Shown one piece after another: positions 53,267 through 64,000 of a DNA stretch of 64,000 nucleotides. The notes beneath the pieces were generated by a model. It was not told the origin of the DNA, did no database searches, and saw only the letters and a program-made list of their open reading frames with translations. A program made the translations under genes and the position numbers. The stretch comes from Vicugna vicugna (Eukaryota): contig MU057880.1 in NCBI GenBank assembly GCA_013265495.1, positions 1,890,527 to 1,954,526 of the forward strand. Reading direction: 5' to 3'. Numbering within the stretch: position 1 is the stretch's first letter; the number at the start of each line of letters is the position of its first letter.

Positions 53267-55421
53267 ACACACTCATACACACCGGCTACCCTTTGATATG
53301 CTTCCAAATCAAAATTTTTCAGCTTTGAAATTTTATCTATAGGTATTTATAATTTGTAGATTCTATCTTTGCTGTAACTTTTCTATAACAAGTCCCAAGA
53401 AAACAGTTCTAGGGTAACCAACTAAATGAAGATTAGTATTTGTTTATGAATTTAGCTCATACCCAGGGCTTTTTAAAAACTGTATATTTCACTATTATTT
53501 TCTTATCTATTTCTACAACTAGCACAAATTGAAATGAGGCATGGCAGGACTCTGCCTACTTTAATCACCAGAGTCACATCCAATAACTAGGCAAAGTCTT
53601 ATGAATTTGGTGTCTCTAGATTATTGTAACATGGGATTTAATTTTTGTAAATAAAATATAACACTTGGGTGCACTGACAAGCTTACACAGGTTTTCTTTA
53701 CTTTCATCAAAGCTCAGGTACTAAGCCATTTTTTGATTATATAAGTCCTTTGTTCATGTCCACATTATTCTCCAAAATTCTTAAGGAACATATTTCAGTT
53801 ATGTTTTTAAAAAAGAGTCTACATTCAGGTGGACCTTCTTTCTTTATGACAGCTTTTAGACCAGTCATAAGTAGAATGACTTGATTATAAATCAAATTTG
53901 ATTGGTCAGAGCAGATTCCAATTTACTTTCTGCCACTTCTCACCTGGGTTCAGAAGGAGGCTGCAGAGAAAGATAAACATCAAAAATGAATATTTAAACT
54001 AGAGTAGAGGCTTTTCAATATTTCACCCCCAAGCTAGCCAGGCTCGATTTTCCTTCCATATCTGGTCAATGTTCCAGTTGCCACTCCGACATACCCCCAA
54101 GTCCCCACTTAAAATTAAAAGACACAAATTTACTCGAAACATCCCTCAAAATCATATGAGGTGAAGAAATGTAAGGCCATATGAGAAAATCCTAAATGTG
54201 GCGACCTTTTGACACATCAAAATGTCCCTAATCTCCTCAACATCATTACTGAAAAAAATAAGTACCTGTTTCAATAGAGACTAAAAGGAAAATATGCACC
54301 TTGTTTCTAACAGTAAGTTAAATCCTTTGTTAAATGAGAAAAAGTCGGCATAACCTCCCTTTTAGAAAAAGATCTTCTGAAATGTGTAAGATCAACGCAG
54401 GGCACTTTGGGCGCCTGTCAAGGTAACGTGGATTGTAGTAAAAAGAGCGGAGTTGACGACGCGCACACACTCTCCACTAGGGATTTCGATAATTCCCTAA
54501 CATTTCTAGGACGTGGTGGCCATTGATGGTAAGTTCTGGGCACACTGCCCAGAGACATCCCAGGAGGTCGGACGAGCACTTGTCTGAGGTCTTAAAAATA
54601 AAGTTAAAGGCAAAAATAAGTTTAAAGAGAAAACTAAAGTACTCGGCACAGTGTCTGATAAATGAAAATTACCTAAAAACCTAAACTGGTTTTTGTTTGG
54701 CTGTTGTTTTGCTGTTTTGCTTTGTTGCTGAGACCAGATGACTTCAAAGGTTCCTTCCAATTTAGAGATAAAATTCTTGGAGACGTCTCTCAAAGTTCAA
54801 GAACATTCACATTTACAAGTACAGGACTTCATGACTCTGCTCGTGTTAGGAGAAGAAATGATTAAAAATTGGGAAAAGCAATGGTTTGCTTCTTAATATT
54901 CTCAAATAGGGAGCCTAAAAATGTCTAATGTTATATTTGAACTTTTTTTCAGTATTCTTACAGCATATTGGGTTGACTTTCGTTTCCAGTAATCTGGCTG
55001 GCTCAACATCCGAAAAACTCTTCTTTTCCTCCTAAATATGTTATGTATGCAGGGCTGAGTCCACAGGAAAGAAACCATCCAAAATAATAGAGAGAAAACC
55101 AGAATGGTAGGCAGGGAATCGAAGACTGTCTGCCTCATGGACATTTGTCAGGATGACTGAGAACCCTGGATCTGATGGCTCATTCGGGGAAGGAGAAGGG
55201 CTTTGGCTGCAGCTAAGGTGAGAAGCTGGGATAAGGAGTGAAGAATGGTCAGGCGGCGAAGGAAGGAAACAGAGAAATGTCTCTCATGTGGCTTTCCTCT
55301 GGGTGGAAAACAAGTCACCCCTCATAATCCAGAGCCGAAGGTCACACAAGCCACCAGTGTCAATATTCCCATTTACACCTGGCAAAACCCAAACATGGAA
55401 ATACATGTACAGTCATCCTGG

Positions 55422-55551
55422 TAGTGGGGAGGGTACAGCTCGGTGGTAGAGCACGTGCTTAGCATGCACGAGGTCCTGGGTCCCATCCCCAGTCCCTCCA
55501 TTAAATAATAAATAAATAAATACCTCATTACCTATTGCCCCCCAAATAAAA
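55422..55551 (+). mobile_element. tRNA-Ala-derived SINE (vic-1-like) with TSD
   Basis: ggggagggtacagctcggtggtagagcacgtgcttagcatgcacgaggtcctgggtcccatcccc; agtcatcctgg (55411-55421) and agtcattctgg (55552-55562). Confidence 0.92.
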
Positions 55552-55799
55552 AGTCATTCTGGACTGATCTCCAATCACTAAGCAGTAATAAAAAAAAAAT
55601 CCATCTATCCTCTCTAAAAAATGTACCTTCAACCCAAGACCCTTGGGGTCCCAATAGATTAATGACTCAAACATGATCTCAAAACCTAACAAAAAAAAAA
55701 GAAAAGAAAAATATATACACATAAGAAGAAAAAAGCAATCAGCAACAGGGATGAATAGACATATAAAAATCAGCAAAAATACATTTCTTAGGTGCAATG

Positions 55800-58280
55800 A
55801 AAAGTAATCTTAAGTATCTAACAGTAAAGAGGATATTTTAAATATTAGCAAGAAGTAACAGACTATAAAAGAGTTACATTTGGAAGAAAAATGATTTCCA
55901 TGATGATAAATATAAATATTAAAATTAAAAATCCGATGGGAAGATCAAGCATTCTATTAGGTCACCCGGGAAGAATTAGCAAATTAGAAGACGGAAAGAA
56001 TCGCTCAGAATCATCAAAGCAAGCAAAGAGATTGGTTGCGTGACACGAGTAACTGGAGGTGTTTCAGGACAGGATAGAGGGGAGGAGAGAAAGGCAATAT
56101 TTAAAAGACGTGGCTGAATTTTTCCTAGAATTTATAAAAATACATGTTTAAAATTTAGGAAAACCTAATTTGATAGATTGACTTCCACAAAACTTACCGA
56201 AGCTGTAGTATATCAGAGAATAGGGATGAATGAGAGTTATCAATCCAAAAAGAAAGATCTGCTACAGAGCAACGTGAATTATGAGAGCAGGTGTCCCACT
56301 GCAGCAAGGAGCACTGGGGAACAGTAATGGAATACTTTCAAAACTAGGAGAGAAAATGGGTGTCAATCTAGAATCATATTGGTTTGTCTGCTAAAATAAA
56401 ATCGCCTGTTAATGATGAAATGCAACCACTGAAAAATAGAAATAATTGTTCCTAAGAATAGAATCTAATAAAAGATGTATGTAGAAAATCATGAACTTTA
56501 TTGAAAGATAATAAGGAAGACATGTAAAGATGTACCATTTCTATGGGTAAGAAGATTCAGTATCATAAAGATGTCAAATCCTCTTCAAAACAATCGTTAG
56601 CAATAGCTAACTCTTATCAGGCACTTACTTTGTGCACGACACTGTTCTAACCGACTTAACTCTTCAAAAAAAGAAGTAGGCCATGCTGTAGGTACCACAA
56701 TTTTTCATCATTTTGATAACTAATTGATGAGAAAATCACAGTGGTTAACTCACTTGCCCCAAGTCACAGGGAAAAAATCCAATAAAAATTTTGATAGATG
56801 GTTTCATGAAACTAGACAAGCTAATTTGAGTTCTACTGAAGAGCAGCGAGCCAAAAATATGAGACACTTTTAACTATTAACTGACCAGCAGCTCAGTGAA
56901 CAGAGCTTAGAAACCTACTCACACGATGACACATGGAGAACCCCTGGAACGGAAGTGACCCAGCAGCTAAGCAGAGAAAGGAGAGATCTTCGGTCAGAAG
57001 CTTCGGAGACAAGTGATGAGCTACAAGGGAAAACTCAAGTTACAGCTCAGTCTCACACATGGAGAAAGCATTCTAGGTGGGCCAAAGAAGTAAACCTATT
57101 AATAAAACCGTTTATATATATGCATGACTGGGACACGGGCTTGTACTCCAGAAATTGACACATGGTAACTGAGTGTACGTCAGTGGGAAAATAAATAAAT
57201 AAATAAATAAATGAGATGAAAATATAGGACAGTATCTTTAGGAATTAACTGTAGGAAATGATTTCTGAAGCAAGACAGAAAATCATAAAGGAAAATATAG
57301 ATTAATTCAACTATTTTAAGAGGTTTTTTAAAATAAAAATTTATATGAAAAACACAATAAAGCAAATAAAAAGGCAAACCATAATATTGGCCACGATATC
57401 TACAAGCCATATAAGTGAAAAGGGATTCAAATCCTAGTTAAACAAAGAACTGCAAATCACTAAGGAAAAGGAAAATAACATGATATAAAATGAAGACTGA
57501 AGTAAACAGCATTGCCTTTACAAAGGGACACAGGACGCTTACATGGTATCCGAAAAATGTGCAGTCACCCTGAAAATCAGGGAAATGCTGATTAAAACCA
57601 GCACAGAGGTACCTCTACGTATCTACAGATTGGCAAAAGGGAAAATTCTGTTGACACCAAGTGTTGATAATCTATAAAAACAAGGAATCATACACGAATA
57701 GGTGGACAAAATGGAACAGAAGACCCCGGAAAGGCAGAGGTCGGCACACCAGCAGTAGCTCCTCCCCTGCCATCTGCCCTGAAACAGCAAAACAAGAGCA
57801 CACGGAGGCGTAAAACGTTCCTCGTTCATCCTGCCAAAACCACCAGACCATCCTCAGTAAGCCAGCAGGTCTGGGGTCTTTCCCAGGGAGTCATGCACAG
57901 CAGTGAAAACTAATATTTTCATTTTTTTATTTCATTCTTTTCATATAAAATGACAAATATAAATTTCAAAATAGACTATTGGGTAAGAGAAAGACAAGTG
58001 ACAGCAGATGGGTAATTTGCTTGCACAAAGTTAAAAAAAAACTATGTAATCTTTTTAGAATAAACCTATGGGTGGTAAAAATACAATGAAGTGTGCAGAA
58101 ATGGTAAACGTCACATCTGAGTGAAGCGCTGCACTGAGGGCATGTGACCAGGGAGGGGACTCGAGGTGTTTCAACCTTATTAGTAACAGTTTATTTCTGG
58201 AGCTGGGGGCTGTGTATGAGGATGTTTGCTATAATTTGGTTGTATAACTTTTTGTAGGTCTGATATATTTAATAAAGTGA
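55800..58280 (+). mobile_element. Fragmented ancient L1M relics, with a short younger L1 3' end at ~57110-57210
   Basis: gatgtaccatttctatgggtaagaagattcagtatcataaagatgtcaa, gaaactagacaagctaatt, aatcagggaaatgctgattaaaacca. Boundaries approximate. Confidence 0.6.
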
Positions 58281-58305
58281 TTTAAATGAATAATAGATGC
58301 TTTGG

Positions 58306-58348
58306 AGATCAGAGCATATATATATATGTGTGTGTGTGTGTGTATATA

Positions 58349-58392
<44 letters not shown>

Positions 58393-58577
58393 AACTGGTT
58401 AAAGTCACCAAGGATCAGATGAGAGACCAAAACACATGTCAAATGTGAACCCACTGAAGTCTGAGTAGAGAGGGTTTAATGACATTTGCAGTGCCATGTC
58501 CTAATTAGCGTTTTTTTGGTTTTTGGTTTTTGGTTTTTCGTTCTCAATAAAGACACAGATCAGAGCATATATATATA

Positions 58578-58631
<54 letters not shown>

Positions 58632-58795
58632 AACTGGTTAAAGTCACCAAGGATCAGATGAGAGACCAAAACACATGTCAAATGTGAACCCACTGAAGTC
58701 TGAGTAGAGAGGGTTTAATGACATTTGCAGTGCCATGTCCTAATTAGCGTTTTTTTGGTTTTTGGTTTTTGGTTTTTCGTTCTCAATAAAGACAC
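58306..58795. repeat. Tandem duplication (251 bp + 239 bp), each unit with a (TA)n(TG)n(TA)n microsatellite
   Basis: 58306-58556 and 58557-58795 are identical outside the microsatellite. Confidence 0.97.
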
Positions 58796-60710
58796 TAGCA
58801 AGCTATGTTAGGAAATAAATGCTGCGTACTTAATTAAGTGTGCTGGCTGGCCCAGTTTTCCTCATGTAACATCACCTTCTCTCAAACTTGCTCTTGAGAA
58901 TTATAAATTACGTTTTCTCAAGTGACTTCTGGGTCACTCCGCTGGCAGAGACTTCAAAAGACAAATGTCAAGTTGATTCTGTATTAGAAAAATCTGAGGT
59001 CTACTTTTCTCCAGAAATCTCCCTGTCTTCTGCTAAATATGAATTTGGTATTTGATGCCACAATATTAAAAACTCCAGCATCATCCAAGAATGAGTATTA
59101 ATTATTTAAAAGCTAGGTTATTAATGATTAATTAATGACAATTCTAAACCTTCAGCTCTGGAAAAAGATTCCATATCTAGTATCTCTTTGACTTCATCAT
59201 ATAATCCAGGGTAGTAAAACAAATTTTACTGTTTCTCTTTTGCAAGTAAAGATTTGGCTGATTTTCTGTTAAAAAAATACTAGTGAGAGTGTCTTCATTT
59301 ACTTCAAAATAAGCCCCACTAAGTAGTAATTTCAAATCAAAAATTAAAATTGAAAATCATGAGGGCAAATTAATGTATATGTCTGAAACAAAAGTCACAG
59401 ATTTAGGAAATACTGGAATACAGGATTTAGTGTTAAAGACACTTGTAGGTTTCATTCTACATACAATCAAACCGTCAAAGAAGAAATAGACACATCACCT
59501 GCACATACAATGCTGGTGGTTCAGATGGATTTTTGCACCAAAGGAATTGTTTTTGCTCATCAAGAGTTTATTTAATTAATGGAAAAAGGCATTAATGTAT
59601 TTATAGTTCCTGTATTAGGAAAACATTAATCCTCAGAGGGTAGCACATTCATCATTGCAATCTCCCTTGTGAGTTATTGGTCGCCTTCACTGTGGGCTAA
59701 CATTCTGAGCCTCAGATTATTCAGTGAGGTTTGCCTCTGCTCCTAGACAGATAACAGCGCCATCTCCTCCCTCCGCCAGGACTTCACGCTGGTGTGCAGA
59801 GGCTGCTGCGCCCAGACTGTTTTGCTGTCATCACTATATTGTGCAGAAACAAAATTAAATCAAGAGAGCATTTCCTCTGAGTGCTTTTGACGATAACTTG
59901 AGAGAGATTCTGGGACCCTGGAGCTTCGTTATGTGGGGAATAGGAAATCCAGATTGCAGATTTCAACCACCTAAACACCCACTGTTCACAATAAAAGAAA
60001 AAAGGAAGTATTTTTTGTAACACTGGCTTTTCCAGAGTACTTCTGACATATATTTGAGGTTGCAACAGAGAGCATCTTTAAGGTTCACACACAGACTGGA
60101 TGTGAGTGAGTGAAACTGTTGACCCGGTTTGCTTCAGTACCTTTTGGTGGAATCAGTGCATTTTCTTTTGAGTCTCAGCTCAGCCATATTTCCTGGGCCC
60201 AGGCCACTACTGACAGTGATTGGTACCCCTTGCCAGAAAAAACCCTGAGTGTTGTTCCTACACAGGCATATGGAAAAGATGGTCACTGCGATATTTTCTT
60301 TGGAATTTTGGTAAATTTTCAGTAATATACTTTCTGGAGGAAGCAGAGCCAACCTTAAGACAAAATTACTGTGACTACAGTAGCACATAATCCAAACACA
60401 TACCCCCGTCCCTCTGAAATCCAAAACACAAGCCCCTGATACCCATTTTGCCTCCATCTGCCTCCTTTCTGTTCCTCTTAACCCCACACCATCCAAGTAT
60501 CAGCTTCCACCAGGCCCTTGAAAATTCGAGTCAGCACCCCCACCACCACCATGTTCCTCATTCTTAAACTTTTCCTAAATCCTATTGCTAAGTTCTTACA
60601 ATCTCTCAAAACTAGCTTCCCTGTGAAAGTACTCTTTTTTCTAGAATCTTCTTTCAGAATGGCCTACCCCTTACTGTTTACTACAAGAGGTGCCTGTTGA
60701 TACAGGTCGC

Positions 60711-62850
60711 CTGGTAGACTGCTGCACACGTGCCCATGGTAAACTGCGTCTCCCAGGAGCCACACTCTTAGCTAGGTCCTTCCACACTGTGTGCTCCACT
60801 GATTGGCTCTTTTAACCAAGACCACATCCGCAAACAGGATGCAACCAGAGGCTGGACAAGGACTTTGACATTCCAGCTGGCCCTCCCGGGACACTGCCCA
60901 GACAGTCAGCTGATACTCCTGGAGACAGAAAGACCGTGTGCAGAGAGGCTCGCTCACCTCAGCCTTCCCGGCGGACTCAGCCCTGACTCAGCCTCCCGCT
61001 GAGTATCACCACCGGGGTGACCACAAACAAGACCAGCAGAACAACCCGCAGAACTTCAGGAGGGACACGGTGGTCACTGGCAGCTGCTAAGTGTGGGGGT
61101 GGTTTATTGCAGGAACTGAATCAGCAGTTGGTCCCTAGAGGTGGCGTGCTGCCATAGCAAAAGCCTAGGAGATTTGGCATTAGTTTGGGGACTGAGTAAT
61201 GGACGGGAGTTGGAAAACCGGCAAGGAGCCTGTGAGTGAAGGTTGGAGAAAAGGCAAGCAAATCGTTCACAGAGGCCAAAAAGGCAGCAGAAAGCCGGTA
61301 CTGGGCACTAGAGAGATGGACATCTGTGTGTTCCGTTAGTGAAAACACTGGCGAAACTGTCACTTGCAACAAACTGGAAAATTGAAAATGTGCCAACTAA
61401 ACTTGTGATTCTGGGTAGGAACATTCTGAGACAGAATGGGGAACACATCAGTTTGCATCCTGCAGTCGCATATAAGAAGGTCCTGGTCAGAAAGCTGCAG
61501 AAAGAACTGTGCAAGTAGAATTCAGAGAAAACAGAGAAAGGCCAGGACACGCTGCGATGGAAAGTAAACTATTTCGTTGCCAGCATCTCCACCGGGCAAA
61601 GTGAGAAATGGACTCAAGGTAAAGACTGAATCACAGACGTGCCTACAAGACCGCTTGCTAAGATCTCAGGAAGATGGAAGGTGGTGCCAGATTGTCTCCT
61701 GGTGAGAGTCCAAGAGTCCATTAAGAATGTTAAGTGATGGTCATCAAGGACGTTGTCAGAAAAAAAGACATTATTTGGGGAAGAAAAAATGAATGAGGCT
61801 CTAGGAGCATGAAGTGAACTCCAACCAGATCCACAAAAAGTTCACAAAAGCTTAAGGGAGTCGAGTCAGCTTAGACTAAAATGTACAGGAACTCTTCAAA
61901 ATGGATTTTCTGTGGAAATAAACAGACTGAGAATGCAATCTGTCAACTGCAAAGGAGACCATTACTTACGGGAAAGGAAAGACAGACCTAAGAACCCAAA
62001 AGACAGACGCAAGCACAGCGGAGTGCAGGGAATTAAGGGAACTTCGAGGAAGCAGAAGGACCCAGTTGAGGAAGATTCCTTCCCCTGAATCCCATGCCTG
62101 AAGGGTTTCAGCGGGGCGGTGGGCCAGTAACCTGTGTGTGTCTTTTGGTCATCCAGTTTGAACTACTGCGATTATCCCGTCCCTCTCGCCACTGAGGTCA
62201 GATGTGTGCAGAGGGGGAGGAGGGAGGAAATGGCCATTTTAGTTCACAGCTCTCTAGGTCAAGAAGGGCTGCCCCCAAAGGACTGCATCCACACGTAGAT
62301 CTGATGGAGGTGGTGGTGTCATGGGCTTTGAGCATGACGCCATATTGGATGGGACACGGAGGGGTTAGCAAGGCGGTGAGTGTATTTTTCACAGGACTCA
62401 CTGGGACCAGAAGGCAGACTGGGACGGCCGGTTACAGGAATGGGCCCTCCTGTGAGCCACCTGGGTGTGTGGGTCCCTCCCTCCTGGGCTCAGGGTCTGG
62501 CCACGTGGCTTGATTTGATCGGCACAAGAGGTAACACAAGGAGAGTCACAAGCACCTGCACGTGCAGGAAATGCCCACTCAGGACACTGCTCTGAGGCTG
62601 TGTGCGAAGAATTGAAATGTGGCCTCATTGAAATTTGAAACACACACACACACACAGGAGGAAAGAGATCCAGCCATCTCGGGCATCCCACCCGAGCTCA
62701 CTAACGGAATGCACCCTGCTTCATGAGCCTGGGCGAGACCAGCTGAAGAAGCCCCAGCCCACCTGCACAATCGTGCAAATGAAGCAGCTGTTTTTGTAAG
62801 CCATTAAGTTGTTTGGAGGGCACTCTATGCAGTAACATATCCCTGATACC
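60711..62850 (+). mobile_element. MaLR (MLT1-type) element: 5' LTR ~60711-61126, internal ~61127-62419, 3' LTR ~62420-62850
   Basis: LTR 3' motifs (ctaagtgtgggggtggtttattgcag; tttgtaagccattaagttgtttggagggcactctatgcag...ctgatac), internal start gttggtccctagaggtggcgtgctgccatagcaaaagcct, internal end gggaccagaaggcagac. Confidence 0.72.
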
Positions 62851-63484
62851 ACCACCTCTTCCCTCTCCCTGCTTTTATTGTCTAATATCTCCCAAGACAC
62901 CCCAAAATGTTCCTGATCTCTGGGTGCTACTATTTACTTTTCTATTTTTATTCTAAAAAGTGTCAATAATAAGCTCTCTTTTTCTCAGACTCTTCAACTC
63001 ATACGCTTTCTGGCTCCTTGATATCTTGTTAATAAGAGCATTAATCTTCCAAATATTTTGCTACTTGCAAGCATGGTCATGCCGTCAGCCAAATACCAAT
63101 TCAAATACTCCATTTATCTGACTCACATGTGTAACATATGGTGTTAATGTAAGAGAAACACTTTAGGATCAGACAAATTTAAGAAGCCAGCTTTGGCATT
63201 TATGAACAGTCAGTTTCAATTATCTCGTGTTTAAATAGTGAAAAAACATAGTCACTCAATAAGAAGCTAATGCTATTATCCTTGTTATGAGCTCATATGA
63301 TTACTGCAACTGATCCAGTCTTCATTTAGAAATATAACTGAATAATTAAGCAAATTAATAAAAAGATCTACATCCCCATCTTTCTCCAAAATAAATTTGT
63401 AATTAAACATAAGGATGATCATATAAGGGCACAGTGTTGAGTCTTGGTTACTAATGATTGGTTGTTTTCTTAACATTGGAAATT

Positions 63485-63720
63485 AAAGAGTTCTGAATGT
63501 AAAACTCTGACTTGAAAGGAGTACAGGATTTGGTGCTCAGAAATCCATATATGATGTCTGAATTTATCATTTATCACTAGCTGATTTGGCTCAGTCTTTT
63601 ACCCTCCCTGGACCTCTGTTTTTTATTTACAAGTTCCAGTAGCTCCATCACAGGGCTGTATGTAAAATGCAAAAAGCTATATTTAAAATAGAGCTCACAG
63701 GTGACTGACCTACCATGTTA
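63485..63720 (+). mobile_element. MIR SINE relic
   Basis: aggatttggtgctcagaa...cagtctttaccctccctggacctctgtttttt...cacagggctgtatgtaaaatgcaaa. Confidence 0.55.
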
Positions 63721-64000
63721 AGAAAGTTTGAATTTTCCTTAATCTACATTTTTTAATTTGCAGATAACAAAATTAAGGCCTCCAGAAACCATTACTTTTA
63801 GCACCAAATAGCATGTTTTCCAATAACAGAACAGGTAACTGGTATTAACCAGCTATTAATAGCCTACATTTCTATATTCTAATATGTTTAGTTCTCAAAA
63901 TGAATCAAATATCTCCTTTTCTGAACTTATAATTTGCTTAGTGTTTGAAAATAAAAATATCTCATGGAAATGAGCAGCTCATTTTTAAAATGAATAACCA

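Overview
Mammalian genomic DNA, most likely camelid (camel/alpaca/vicuna), judged from tRNA-Ala-derived vic-1-like SINEs. The whole window lies inside GRIA2 (AMPA receptor subunit GluA2) on the minus strand. It holds seven coding exons (exons 3-9 by human numbering, 1037 nt, residues ~77-422: N-terminal domain and start of ligand-binding segment S1), all with GT-AG boundaries and the exon lengths I recall for human (240/197/54/162/168/105/111). The 54-nt exon 5 is missing from the ORF track. Positions 36034-64000 are part of intron 2. The Q/R editing site and flip/flop exons lie outside the window, beyond position 1. The rest is intronic: L1, L2, MIR, SINE, an ERV1-like solo LTR, a near-complete MaLR element, a MER81-like DNA transposon and microsatellites. 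I found no convincing novel gene or system. The best leads are regulatory or evolutionary: (1) a ~300-nt hexamer repeat next to the exon 6 donor that is a dense YCAY cluster, keeps the reading frame open and ends in a consensus cryptic donor; (2) a strongly GC3/CpG-shifted exon 4; (3) a CpG-rich, promoter-like patch in intron 6; (4) a UGCAUG cluster around exons 7-9; (5) inverted L1 pairs able to form dsRNA; (6) a 240-250 bp tandem duplication that may be an assembly artefact. Repeat family names come from recalled consensus sequences, all counts are by hand, and no database search was run.
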